This document shows, one piece after another, positions 51,609 through 60,942 of a DNA stretch of 64,000 bases. Below the pieces are notes generated by a model, which saw only the letters and a program-made list of their open reading frames with translations, had not been told where the DNA came from and ran no database searches. The DNA comes from an uncultured Microbacterium sp. GTDB lineage: Bacteria > Actinomycetota > Actinomycetes > Actinomycetales > Microbacteriaceae. The translations under genes and the position numbers were made by a program. Location of the stretch: NCBI RefSeq assembly GCF_963524805.1, contig NZ_CAURGG010000009.1:84154-148153 (forward strand). The letters are read 5' to 3'. Each line of letters begins with the position of its first letter. The first letter of the stretch is position 1.

Positions 51609-51962
51609 ATGGGAACCGTCGATGAGTACCTGAACGAACTCGACCCCGACGACCGCGCGGCGATCGAGCGGGTCTACCGCCTCGCGCACGGCGAAGTGCC
51701 CGATTCCGAGCAGGGCAAGGGCTATGGGATGGCCGCGCTCATCTACCAGGGAAAGCCGCTGTTATCGGTGATGCGGGCCAAGAAGCACATCGGCATCTAC
51801 CCGTTCAGTCCGGATGCCGTCACCTCGGTCGCCGCCCAGGTGCAGGCGGTGCCCGGCAGCGGTCTGGACAAGGGGACGATCCGCTTCCAGCCCGAACACC
51901 CGCTGCCGGACGAGGTGATCCTCGCCCTCGTCCGCTTCCGCCGCGATCAGATCGACCGCTGA
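51609..51962 (+). CDS. DUF1801/YdhG-like protein
   Basis: TVDEYL..L, YGM....Y.GKP, KKHIGIYPFS, KGTIRF....PLP. Confidence 0.8.
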   Translation: MGTVDEYLNELDPDDRAAIERVYRLAHGEVPDSEQGKGYGMAALIYQGKPLLSVMRAKKHIGIYPFSPDAVTSVAAQVQAVPGSGLDKGTIRFQPEHPLPDEVILALVRFRRDQIDR

Positions 51963-51980
51963 CCTGCTTGCGGCGGGGGC

Positions 51981-52637
51981 TCAGTGCGGCAGGACCAGGC
52001 TCACCCCCATCAGTATCATGACGACGGCGATCACCGCGTCGAGGATGCGCCATGCCCGGGGAGTGCTCAGCCATCTGCCGAGATAGCGCGCGCCGAAGGC
52101 GAGTCCGAAGAACCAGACCACGCTGGCGAGCATCGCCCCGGCGGCGAAGATCCACCGGTCTTCGCCGTGTGTGTTCGCCACCGTTCCGAGAAGGAACACC
52201 GTGTCGAGGTACACGTGCGGATTCAGCCAGGTCAGCGCGAGGCAGGTCAGTGCGACCGGAAGCGCCTTGGTCGCCGTCAGCATGGCGAGAGGCGCCGTGC
52301 CGTGCGGCGCGGCCGAAGAGGCGTCGGCGCCCTCGGCCTCGAGCGTGTGCCCGGACGGCCGCCAGGCGCGCCGTGCCGCCAGCAGGCCGTAGCCGACGAG
52401 GAAGACCGCGCCCGCCCAGCGCACCACGTCGACCAGCCACGGCACCGCGTGCAGCACCAGGCCGACGCCCGAGACACCCAGGGCGATCAGTGCCGCGTCC
52501 GAGACGGCGCAGATGGCCGCGACGAGCACGACGTGCTCGCGCCGCAGCCCCTGGCGCAGCACGAAGAGGTTCTGCGCGCCGATCGCGATGATGAGCGAAA
52601 GGCCGAGACCGATGCCGGCCAGGAGTGGGGAGATCAC
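51981..52637 (-). CDS. lysE: LysE/ArgO amino-acid exporter
   Basis: LIIAIGAQN.FVLRQG, TWLNPHVYLDT. Confidence 0.9.
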   Translation of the reverse strand: MISPLLAGIGLGLSLIIAIGAQNLFVLRQGLRREHVVLVAAICAVSDAALIALGVSGVGLVLHAVPWLVDVVRWAGAVFLVGYGLLAARRAWRPSGHTLEAEGADASSAAPHGTAPLAMLTATKALPVALTCLALTWLNPHVYLDTVFLLGTVANTHGEDRWIFAAGAMLASVVWFFGLAFGARYLGRWLSTPRAWRILDAVIAVVMILMGVSLVLPH

Positions 52638-52705
52638 GCTTCGACGCTAGGCGGCTCAGGATATTCAGTCCAGTTCATGATTCTCACGTTGCATTAGCAT
52701 GACTG

Positions 52706-53632
52706 ATGATGCGCATCCCACCGGAGCTGGCCGACACCCTCGCCGTGGTGGTCGATGAGGGCACGCTGGATGCGGCCGCGCGCCGCCTGCACATCACACC
52801 TTCGGCGGTGAGCCAGCGGATCAAGACGCTCGAGCAGCAGCTCGGCCGCGTTCTGCTGGTGCGCTCCAAGCCGGCGCGGCTCACGGAGGCCGGCACCGCC
52901 GTGGTGCGCATGGCACGGCAGATGGCGCTGCTCGAGCATGACGCCCTCGCGCAGCTGGGTGGTGACGGCGAGGAGGGTGCGCGCACGCCCGTACCCTTGG
53001 CGGTGAATGCCGACTCGCTCGCGACCTGGTTCCTCGAGCCGCTCGCGCGCCTGTCGCAGCGGCATCCGGTCGTGTTCGAATTGCACCGCGACGACCAGGA
53101 CTTCACCGCAGCGCTGCTCGAATCCGGCACCGTCATGGGGGCGGTCACCTCCCGCGCGACGGCGGTTGCCGGGTGCCGGGTCAGCGGCCTCGGGGCCATG
53201 CGCTACGAGGCCGTGGCCACCCCCGCGTTCGTGGAGCGGTGGCTGCCCGGGCCCGGGTCGCTCACCGAGCTCGGCAGCGCGCCGCTCGTGGACTTCGACC
53301 GTCGTGACGATCTGCAGACCCGCTGGCTGGCTGTGTGCGGCATCGACGGCGCGCGGGTCGGCCGGCACTTCGTACCCGCGTCGAACGACTTCGCCGCGGC
53401 CGTCCGTCACGGGCTGGGCTGGGGGCTTCTGCCGCGGTTCCAGTCGCAAGAGGCGTTGGATGCCGGAACCCTGGTGCTGCTGGGCGGACCGCCGATCGAC
53501 GTGCCCCTTTACTGGCAGCAGTGGAATCTGCGCTCGCCCCTGCTGGATGCGATCGCCGATGAGATCGTGGGGGAGGGGCGCCGCGTGCTGGCCCCGCTCG
53601 AGGAAGCGGACGGACCGGTCAGTCGTCGCTGA
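52706..53632 (+). CDS. lysG: LysR regulator, ArgP/LysG type
   Basis: HITPSAVSQRIK.LE, AVNADSLATW, VPLYWQQW; divergent from lysE. Confidence 0.88.
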   Translation: MMRIPPELADTLAVVVDEGTLDAAARRLHITPSAVSQRIKTLEQQLGRVLLVRSKPARLTEAGTAVVRMARQMALLEHDALAQLGGDGEEGARTPVPLAVNADSLATWFLEPLARLSQRHPVVFELHRDDQDFTAALLESGTVMGAVTSRATAVAGCRVSGLGAMRYEAVATPAFVERWLPGPGSLTELGSAPLVDFDRRDDLQTRWLAVCGIDGARVGRHFVPASNDFAAAVRHGLGWGLLPRFQSQEALDAGTLVLLGGPPIDVPLYWQQWNLRSPLLDAIADEIVGEGRRVLAPLEEADGPVSRR

Positions 53633-54650
53633 CGCGGAGCACGATCTTCCCCCGCGTGTGACCCTTCTCCAGCTCGGTGTGCGCTGCGGCGGCATCCGCC
53701 AGATCGAAGACGCGGTCGATGTAGACCTGCACCGCTCCGGAGTCCAGCAGCCGGCCGACGGTGGCCAGCGCGCCTCCGTCGGGGATGACCTTGTAACCGG
53801 TGGCGCGGACCGCGACCGCCGCTGCTGCCTCGGCGTACCCGGGCCAGGAGCCCGAGGGAACCAGGATGTAGAGGCCGCCCGGCCGGATGACCGTGAGCGA
53901 GCGCTCACCGGTCCTGTCGTGGACGTTGCCCACGAGGTCGATGACGACGTCGACCTCGGCCACGACGTCCTCGAATCGGGTGGTCGCGTAGTCGATCACG
54001 ACCGAGGCGCCCAGTTCCCGCAGCCAGGACGCGTTGCGGCCGGATGCGGTCACGGTCACATGCGCACCGAAGTAGGCGGCGAACTGGACGGCGAAATGGC
54101 CCACCCCGCCGCTGCCGGCGTGGATGAGGATCCGCTGCCCCTCGTGGGCGTGCGCCGTCTCGACCACCAGACCCCACGCGGTGAGGGCGGCCAGCGGAAC
54201 ACCCGCCGCTTCGACGTGCGACAGCGAGGCGGGCTTGCGCGCCACGGACTGCGAGGGAACGACGGCGTATTCGGCGTAGCTGCCGCCCGACCGGGGGAAC
54301 GGCACCATGCCGTAGACGGCGGTACCCGGGGGCAGCGGGTGGGACTCATAGGGCGCCCGCACGACGATGCCGCTGAAATCGAATCCCAGCGCCGCCGGGT
54401 ACGAGGCGATGGCCGCAGAAACGCCCGCACCGCTGCGGGTCTTCGCGTCGATGGGGTTGATGCCCGCTGCGACGACGCGCACGAGGAGTTCGCTCAGGAT
54501 CGGAGTGGGGACCTCGACCGACGACGAGTGAAGGGAATCGGGGGACCCGGTGGCGTCTATCACCGCCGCCCGCATCGTCTCGGGGGGATCTGCGACCGCG
54601 ACCGGGATGGACTCGGGAACGGACGCGGGTCGCAGCGGCCGGAATCTCAT
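53619..54650 (-). CDS. NADP-dependent quinone oxidoreductase (MDR family)
   Basis: AGINPID, GSYAEY, PLAALTAW, HAGSGGVG, GHTRGKIVL. Confidence 0.88.
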   Translation of the reverse strand: MRFRPLRPASVPESIPVAVADPPETMRAAVIDATGSPDSLHSSSVEVPTPILSELLVRVVAAGINPIDAKTRSGAGVSAAIASYPAALGFDFSGIVVRAPYESHPLPPGTAVYGMVPFPRSGGSYAEYAVVPSQSVARKPASLSHVEAAGVPLAALTAWGLVVETAHAHEGQRILIHAGSGGVGHFAVQFAAYFGAHVTVTASGRNASWLRELGASVVIDYATTRFEDVVAEVDVVIDLVGNVHDRTGERSLTVIRPGGLYILVPSGSWPGYAEAAAAVAVRATGYKVIPDGGALATVGRLLDSGAVQVYIDRVFDLADAAAAHTELEKGHTRGKIVLRVSDD

Positions 54651-54799
54651 GGGTCGCTCCTTCCGGGTGCATGTCGGCTTCGGCAGCACTCGTTTGCTGG
54701 TGGACCCAGTCAAGCCTGACTATGTCTCGCCCGTGTTACGCGGGTGCTACCGGCTGAACAAGCCGGGCCGGAAGTTTCGTGTGGCCGCCGAGCACGGGA

Positions 54800-55258
54800 T
54801 CAGGGCGTCTCGCCGGCGGTGAGCGCGTGCAGCAGTCGCGTGAGATCGCTGATCTGCTCGACCGACCACCCCTCCAGGGTGTCCAGAAGGACGCTCTCCT
54901 GCGGAGCCCGGGCGGCCGCCAGGCGCTCCAGGCCGCTTGCCGTCGGGGAGAGCAGGCTCGATCTGCCGTCGGCAGGATCCGGTGTGCGGGTGACCAGGCC
55001 CAGCTCCTCGAGTTCGCGCACCGTGCGACTGATCTGGCCCTTGTCGGCCATGAGCGACTCGGCGAGGCTGGACAGGGTCACGCTCTCGCGGCGCACGATC
55101 GTGGTGAAGACCTTGTATGCGCCGGGAAGCATGCCCGGGCTCACCCGCTGCGCGTTGTCAGCGAGTACCCGCCGCATGCGGCTGATCAGCTCGCCGAACT
55201 CGGACTCGAGGGCGCGCACCGCGTCGGTGCGCGCTCCTCGTGTTTCGTCGTCCATCAC
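54800..55258 (-). CDS. MarR-family regulator
   Basis: LAESL..DKGQISRTVRELEELGLV.R.PDP.DGR. Confidence 0.9.
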   Translation of the reverse strand: MMDDETRGARTDAVRALESEFGELISRMRRVLADNAQRVSPGMLPGAYKVFTTIVRRESVTLSSLAESLMADKGQISRTVRELEELGLVTRTPDPADGRSSLLSPTASGLERLAAARAPQESVLLDTLEGWSVEQISDLTRLLHALTAGETP

Positions 55259-55267
55259 CGTCGGAGA

Positions 55268-56986
55268 CTACCGGTTCGCGCGGCGCGAGTCGGACGAAGC
55301 GGACTCGCGGGTCGCGGCATCCGGAATTCGATTCGTGCCCGTCCCGGCGAGCACCTCCATGCCCTCCGGCACCGAGACGGTGGCCAGGTCCGCTTCACTT
55401 GCGCGCATGCGCTCGCTGGTGGTCATGCGCGTCAGCGGGGTGTTCGGCAGGAAGACGATCGCGATGAGGCTCACCACGGCGAAGGGGACCGCGATGAGGA
55501 ACGAGTGCGAGATCCCCTGGGCGTAGATGTCCTCGAAGATGACCCGCAGCGATTCGGGCATGGCGGAGACCTGGGGCAGCGTGCCCGACGACAGCGTGTC
55601 GGCCCACTTCTGCGCATTCGCGCCGAGGCCCGCGATCGCGGTGGCGATGTCGTCCTTGCCCGAGGAGACCAGTTCGGTCACCCGTGCCGCGAGGGCGGCG
55701 CCCATCAGGGAGACGCCGATCGTGCCGCCGAGGCTGCGGAAGAACGTGACGCCCGAGCTGGCGACGCCGATCTCGCTCGGGTTCGAGGTGTTCTGCACGA
55801 CCAGGACGAGGTTCTGCATCGTCATGCCGACGCCGGCGCCCAGAAGGAACATGTACAGCGACACGAGCGCGAAGTTCGTGTCGTAGTGGATCGTCGAGAG
55901 CAGGTACGACCCGGCGATCAGCAGCGCCCCGCCGAGGATGAGGAACGGCTTCCATGTGCCGAGTCGCGTGATGAGCGCGCCGACGCCGATCGAGGCCAGC
56001 AGCAGCCCCGCGATCATCGGGATCGTCATGAGACCTGCCTGGGTCGGCGTGGCGCCCCGGGCGAGCTGCATGAACTGGCTGAGGAACACCGACGCGCCGA
56101 ACATCGCGATGCCGGTGGCGATCGAGGCGATCACCGCCAGGGTGAACGTGCGGTTGCGGAACATCGAGAGCGGGATGAGCGGCTCCTTCGCGCGCAGCTC
56201 GGTGACGATGAACAGGATCGTGCCGAGCACCGCGCCGCCGACCATCAGGAGCGTCTCGATGCTCCACCACTCGAACGAGTCGCCGGCGAGGGTCACCCAG
56301 ATCAGCAGCAGCGAGACGGCTGCCGAGAGGAACACGATGCCGAAGTAGTCGATCGACACCTTGCGCTTGGCGCGGGGAACGACGTGCAGGGTGCGCTGCA
56401 GGATGATGAGCGCGAGCACCGCGAAGGGAAGGGCGACGTAGAAGTTCCAGCGCCACCCGAGCGTGTCGGTGATGACGCCGCCCAGCAGCGGGCCGCCGAT
56501 CGTGGCGACGGCCATCACGGCGCCGAACAGGCCCATGTAGCGGCCGCGCTCACGCGGGCTGATGATGTCGGCCATCAGCACCTGGCTGAGGGCGGCCAGA
56601 CCGCCGGCGCCGATGCCCTGCACCGCGCGGAAGGCGATGAGCATCTCCGGGCTCTGCGAGAAGCCCGCGGCTGCGGTGGCGAGCACGAAGATGGCGATCG
56701 CGATCTGGATGAGCAGCTTGCGGTTGAACAGGTCGGCGAGCTTGCCCCAGATCGGTGTGGAGATCGCCGTGGTCAGCAGGGTCGCGGTCACGACCCAGGT
56801 GAAGGAAGCCTGCGTGCCGCCCAGATCGTGGATGATGACCGGCAGCGAGGTGGAGACGACGGTCGAGGCGAGCATCGAGACGAACATGCCGAGCAGCAGC
56901 CCGGACAGGGCCTCGAGCACCTGGCGGTGCGTCATCTTCGGCGCCTGGAGTTCTTCGGTGGCGTGAGGGGTTGGGGGCGTGGACAT
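55268..56986 (-). CDS. MFS drug:H+ antiporter (EmrB/QacA type)
   Basis: WGKLADLFNRK, RAVQGIGAGG, PRERGRY, GPLLGG...GWRW.F; about 14 TM segments. Confidence 0.92.
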   Translation of the reverse strand: MSTPPTPHATEELQAPKMTHRQVLEALSGLLLGMFVSMLASTVVSTSLPVIIHDLGGTQASFTWVVTATLLTTAISTPIWGKLADLFNRKLLIQIAIAIFVLATAAAGFSQSPEMLIAFRAVQGIGAGGLAALSQVLMADIISPRERGRYMGLFGAVMAVATIGGPLLGGVITDTLGWRWNFYVALPFAVLALIILQRTLHVVPRAKRKVSIDYFGIVFLSAAVSLLLIWVTLAGDSFEWWSIETLLMVGGAVLGTILFIVTELRAKEPLIPLSMFRNRTFTLAVIASIATGIAMFGASVFLSQFMQLARGATPTQAGLMTIPMIAGLLLASIGVGALITRLGTWKPFLILGGALLIAGSYLLSTIHYDTNFALVSLYMFLLGAGVGMTMQNLVLVVQNTSNPSEIGVASSGVTFFRSLGGTIGVSLMGAALAARVTELVSSGKDDIATAIAGLGANAQKWADTLSSGTLPQVSAMPESLRVIFEDIYAQGISHSFLIAVPFAVVSLIAIVFLPNTPLTRMTTSERMRASEADLATVSVPEGMEVLAGTGTNRIPDAATRESASSDSRRANR

Positions 56987-57035
56987 GGCATCCTTCGGAG
57001 CGTGCGAACGGGGATGTCGGCAACGGCGGCGACTT

Positions 57036-57097
57036 GTTGATCTGAGTCAACTGTTGAACTAGGTCAACTATATAGGTAATGGTTGACGGGCGTCAAC
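57036..57097. promoter_or_regulatory. Three GTTGA-N6-TCAAC palindromes, probable MarR operators
   Basis: At 57036-57051, 57053-57068 and 57082-57097, upstream of the MFS-MarR operon. Confidence 0.75.
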
Positions 57098-57111
57098 TAT
57101 TCCCGTTCGGG

Positions 57112-57795
57112 TCAGTCTGCGAGGGCGAGGGCGCGGAAGGGCTCGCGCGGCGTGGGGCGCGGCATCCGCTGATCTTCGAGCGTTCGGCGGGACAGCATGG
57201 TGCGCCGGTGGAGTTCGTCGATCAAGGTCGTGGCCAGGCGCACCAGCGTGCCGATCTCGGCCTCGTCGCGATCGACCCAGGCGCACCGGGGCTCGTCGTC
57301 GACCGGGACGAAGCCGTCGTGCTCCTCCCAAGCAACGAGCGTGCGCTCGGCACCGAGGACATGCTGCTGCCACCACACCTGACGCAGATACGACCGGGGG
57401 ATGCTGCGCCACGACTTGTTGGTCGTCTTGATCTCGCAGAGGATCACGCGGCCCTCGGAGTCGATGACCACGCCGTCGGGGGTGGCGAGGTGCCGCTTCT
57501 CGACCTCGGCGTGGAACAGGGCGCTCGAGGGCAGGATGCCGTGGGTCGCGGCGACCCAGCGGGCGATCTCCGGCTCGCGGACGCGGCCGTGCGCGGTGTA
57601 CGCGTTGCCGGAGAACCCGGAGCCCATGAGCTTGGCGTCAGCGGCCTTGGCGATCGCGTTGGTCGAGGTCAGGCTCGCGACATCGGTCGCGGTGATCCCT
57701 CGCGAGCGCGCGCGCGTCCAGGCGACCCGATCGCGGGAGTCCGCGACGATCCGCGCGGCGAGCACGGGATGCATCGCGGCGAGTTCTGGGGTCAC
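57112..57795 (-). CDS. YqaJ/lambda-exonuclease-family nuclease
   Basis: W...R..GITATD, HG..REP, ATPDG, EIKT, Y..QV.WQ; GTG start 7 nt after TAGCCT. Confidence 0.85.
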   Translation of the reverse strand: MTPELAAMHPVLAARIVADSRDRVAWTRARSRGITATDVASLTSTNAIAKAADAKLMGSGFSGNAYTAHGRVREPEIARWVAATHGILPSSALFHAEVEKRHLATPDGVVIDSEGRVILCEIKTTNKSWRSIPRSYLRQVWWQQHVLGAERTLVAWEEHDGFVPVDDEPRCAWVDRDEAEIGTLVRLATTLIDELHRRTMLSRRTLEDQRMPRPTPREPFRALALAD

Positions 57796-57887
57796 GTGTT
57801 CGAGGCTAACCCCGCGGCGGGACATCGTGCGCCCGCGTCCTCGCGTGTCCGGGAGACGGCTGCCATGACGGCGAGGTCCCTTCGCGT

Positions 57888-57974
57888 TTGCGCGAGATCA
57901 CCCCGTGTTCGCGAAGTCACCCGCCGCCATCGCAGGGGGCGCGTGATCTCGCGAAGAACAGGTGATCTCGGGCG
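57888..57974. repeat. Palindromic repeat family 2, copy A
   Basis: Four CGCGAGATCACCC-like units (two forward, two reverse); 73/87 identical to the reverse complement of 62244-62330 (manual count). Confidence 0.9.
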
Positions 57975-58071
57975 TTGTGGGGACTCCTCCCCAACTACCC
58001 GAGTCGGCGGGAAGTCCGCTGATGCAAGGATCTGCACCGCGCACCGGAGAGGCGCGCGTCACGATTCTCAC

Positions 58072-59055
58072 GTGCGCAGCCTCCGCCTTGTCGAACTGAG
58101 GGACTCGGTCCGGACGCGAGAGCAGCTGCTCATCGACGGCTGGCCCGCGTGCGAACTGGATCGGACGGGTCCGGGCGCGAGCTTTCGACGCGTGCACCGT
58201 AATCGCTTCGTGTCGTCGGAGCTGTGGGCAGATCTCTGGCCCGAGTCCCGCCATCGGATCGAGCTGTGCGCTGCCGTTCAGGAGATGCGGGGCGGAGCCG
58301 GCGTCGCTTCACACCTCTCCGCCGCCGTCGCATGGGGGCTGCCGCTGTTCCGGCACGTTCCGCGCGAGGTCGAGTTCACGATCCACGGACGTCTGCGCGC
58401 CGCGACGCGGGCGGGAATCCGCCGACACCTCAACGCACTGGATCAATCCGATGTCGTCGTGATCGACGGCGTTCGATGCACCTCGCTCGAGCGGACGGTC
58501 TTCGATGTGGCGCGCGTATACCGGGCAGAGGTGGCCCTGGCGTGTATGGACGCAGCACTCAGGTCGATCTCGGTTGACGGTCAGAACTGGGATGCCGGTG
58601 CGCATGCGGCTTGGAAGGACCGGATGTCTGCGAGGGCACGCGAAAGCGCGGGCGCACGCGGCATCAAACAGGCGCGTCGGCTCATCGACATCGCTGACGG
58701 TCGCGCCCAGTTGCCCGGCGAGAGCGTGAGTCGCCTTCAACTTCTCCGCCTCGGATTCGCTCGGCCCGACCTGCAGGTGCCCGTCGCCGGTCCCGCGGGC
58801 CGGACCTACTGGGTGGACTTCAGGCTGGGCGATGTCGCGGCGTGGGGTGAGTTCGACGGCAAAGACAAGTACCTCGACGAAGCCATGCGCCGCGGCAAGA
58901 CCATCGAAGAAGTGGTGCTCGATGAGAAGAAGCGCGAGGACTGGATCCGAGGCACCACTCAGGGGCGCTTCGCTCGCTGGGGAGACGAGCACATCGGGAG
59001 CCCGCAGGCCCTTCGCGTCCGACTCGCTGCTTTCGGCATCCATCCTCCGCGTTGA
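58072..59055 (+). CDS. AbiEi-like protein with C-terminal PD-(D/E)XK/DUF559-like nuclease domain
   Basis: SHLSAA.AWGLP, TSLERTVFDVAR, D.AL, PGES.SR, P.LQV, VDF......GEFDG..KY, EK.REDWIR; GTG start 6 nt after CACGAT. Confidence 0.75.
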   Translation: MRSLRLVELRDSVRTREQLLIDGWPACELDRTGPGASFRRVHRNRFVSSELWADLWPESRHRIELCAAVQEMRGGAGVASHLSAAVAWGLPLFRHVPREVEFTIHGRLRAATRAGIRRHLNALDQSDVVVIDGVRCTSLERTVFDVARVYRAEVALACMDAALRSISVDGQNWDAGAHAAWKDRMSARARESAGARGIKQARRLIDIADGRAQLPGESVSRLQLLRLGFARPDLQVPVAGPAGRTYWVDFRLGDVAAWGEFDGKDKYLDEAMRRGKTIEEVVLDEKKREDWIRGTTQGRFARWGDEHIGSPQALRVRLAAFGIHPPR

Positions 59056-59057
59056 GC

Positions 59058-59142
59058 CGCGAGATCACCCGCTGTTCGCGAATCCGCACATTGCACACAG
59101 CGACAGTGGGTGATCTCGCGAACAGAGGGTGATCTCGCGAAA
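59058..59142. repeat. Palindromic repeat family 2, copy B
   Basis: CGCGAGATCACCCGCTGTTCGCG...GGGTGATCTCGCGAACAGAGGGTGATCTCGCG, 2 bp after the stop; aligns ungapped with copy C at 63/85. Confidence 0.9.
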
Positions 59143-59151
59143 GAGGCCGGG

Positions 59152-59553
59152 CTACAGCCCCGCGACTCCGGCCTCGGCGACCGAGTGGTCCTGCTCGCCC
59201 GAGCCGCCGCTGACACCCACGGCGCCGACGACGACTCCGTCGCGGACGAGGGGGATGCCGCCGGCGAAGATCGCGACCTTGCCGCCGTTCGTGTTCTGGA
59301 TGCCGAAGAACTGCTGGTTCGGCTGCGAGTTGTCTCCGAGGTCCTTCGTGGAGATGTCGAACGCCTTCGAGGTCCAGGCCTTGTTGATCGAGATGTTGAC
59401 GCTGCCGATCCAGGCGCCGTCCTGCCGGACATGGGCGACGAGATTGCCGCCCGAGTCGACCACGGCGATGTTCATCGGCTGACCGATCTCGGTCGCCTTC
59501 TTCTCGGCGGCGGCGATGACGCGACGGGCGTCTTCGAGGGTGACGGTGGACAT
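59152..59553 (-). CDS. GlcG/HbpS-family heme-binding protein
   Basis: IAVVDSGG, R.DGA, KAWT, FAGGIP, GAVGVSGG....D. Confidence 0.9.
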   Translation of the reverse strand: MSTVTLEDARRVIAAAEKKATEIGQPMNIAVVDSGGNLVAHVRQDGAWIGSVNISINKAWTSKAFDISTKDLGDNSQPNQQFFGIQNTNGGKVAIFAGGIPLVRDGVVVGAVGVSGGSGEQDHSVAEAGVAGL

Positions 59554-59593
59554 GGGTGTGCTCCTAGCGTGTTCGGTGTACTCGGGATGGGGT

Positions 59594-60814
59594 TCAGGCG
59601 GCGATGTAGCCGTTGGGGTTGAGGACGTACTTGGTCGCGGCCCCGGCGTCGAACTCGGCGTAGCCCCGGGGGGCGTCGTCGAGCGAGATGGCCTTGGCGT
59701 TGACGGCGGCGGCGATGTGCACCTTGTCGTGCAGGATCGCCATCATCAGCTGCCGGTTGTAGCGCATGACCGGGCACTGGCCGGTCGTGAACGACAGCGA
59801 CTTCGCCCACCCGGTGCCGAGGCTGATCGAGAGCGACCCGACTTTGGCGGCATCGTCGACGGCGCCCGGATCCCCGGTCACGTACAGACCCGGGATGCCG
59901 ACCGCCCCGCCAGCGGCAGTCACATCCATCAGCGAGTTCAGCACCGTCGCCGGCGCCTCCTTCGCGGACGCGCCGTGCCCTTCGCTGCGCGCTTCGAAGC
60001 CGACGGCGTCGACCGCGGCGTCGACCTCGGGTACGCCGAGCAGCTGCTCGAGCTGGTCAGGTACGGCGCCGGAGCCGACATTCACGGTCTCGCATCCGAA
60101 GCTGCGGGCCTGGGCGAGGCGGTCCTCGTTCAGGTCTCCGACGATGACGACGGCGGCGCCCAGGAGCTGCGCTCCCGCGGCGGCGGCAAGACCCACCGGC
60201 CCCGCGCCGGCGATGTAGACCGTGGAGCCGACGCCGACTCCGGCCGTGACCGCTCCGTGGAAGCCGGTCGGGAAGATGTCGGACAGCATCGCGAGGTCGA
60301 GGATCTTCTCCAGAGCCTGATCGCGGTCGGGGAAGCGCAGCAGATTCCAGTCCGCGTAGGGCACGAGGACGTACTCCGCCTGACCGCCCACCCAGCCGCC
60401 CATGTCGACGTAGCCGTAGGCGCTGCCGGGGCGGTCGGGGTTGACGTTGAGGCAGATGCCGGTCTTGCCCTCCTTGCAGTTGCGGCATCGCCCGCAGGAG
60501 ATGTTGAACGGCACCGAGACGATGTCGCCGACCCGGATGAACTCGACATCGGGGCCGACCTCGACCACCTCTCCGGTGATCTCGTGGCCGAGCACCAGCC
60601 CGGCGGGAGCCGTGGTGCGTCCGCGGACCATGTGCTGGTCGGAGCCGCAGATGTTCGTCGCCACGGTGCGCAGGATCGCGCCGTGGGGGATCTTGCGACC
60701 CACGTTGGCCGGGTTCACACCGGGGCCGTCGTGCAGTTCGAAGTCGGGGTAATCGGTGTCGATCACCTTCACGACTCCAGGCCCCTCATAGGCGACCGCT
60801 CTGTTTCCAGACAT
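59594..60814 (-). CDS. fdhA: Glutathione-independent formaldehyde dehydrogenase
   Basis: TNICGSDQHMVRGRT, GHEITG, CGRC..C....C, GGWVGGQAEY, LSDIFPTG, GIPGLY. Confidence 0.9.
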   Translation of the reverse strand: MSGNRAVAYEGPGVVKVIDTDYPDFELHDGPGVNPANVGRKIPHGAILRTVATNICGSDQHMVRGRTTAPAGLVLGHEITGEVVEVGPDVEFIRVGDIVSVPFNISCGRCRNCKEGKTGICLNVNPDRPGSAYGYVDMGGWVGGQAEYVLVPYADWNLLRFPDRDQALEKILDLAMLSDIFPTGFHGAVTAGVGVGSTVYIAGAGPVGLAAAAGAQLLGAAVVIVGDLNEDRLAQARSFGCETVNVGSGAVPDQLEQLLGVPEVDAAVDAVGFEARSEGHGASAKEAPATVLNSLMDVTAAGGAVGIPGLYVTGDPGAVDDAAKVGSLSISLGTGWAKSLSFTTGQCPVMRYNRQLMMAILHDKVHIAAAVNAKAISLDDAPRGYAEFDAGAATKYVLNPNGYIAA

Positions 60815-60942
60815 CTTCGTCCTCTCTCCCGACCCGTCGTACCGGCTCTCTTCGAGACTGTCTGGTTCGTTCGAGTGGGTCGATCGCTCCTCGGGGTCGT
60901 TGTGCCCACCCGAACGGGTAGCGGCGTCCCTAGGGTGGGGGG

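Noticed and set aside
54779..57040. 753-aa plus-strand ORF and similar long shadow ORFs (8441-10450, 25502-27319, 28954-30696)
   Set aside because: They are antisense to well-supported genes, have no recognisable motifs and are expected at this GC content.
57112..57795. Prophage remnant
   Set aside because: No other phage-like gene is present in the window.
57079..58071. 658-aa ORF as a single large protein
   Set aside because: The first 331 codons are antisense to the YqaJ gene and run through repeat A; the recognisable protein starts at 58072.
46532..59055. AbiE type IV toxin-antitoxin pairs
   Set aside because: Neither AbiEi-like gene has an adjacent AbiEii nucleotidyltransferase gene.
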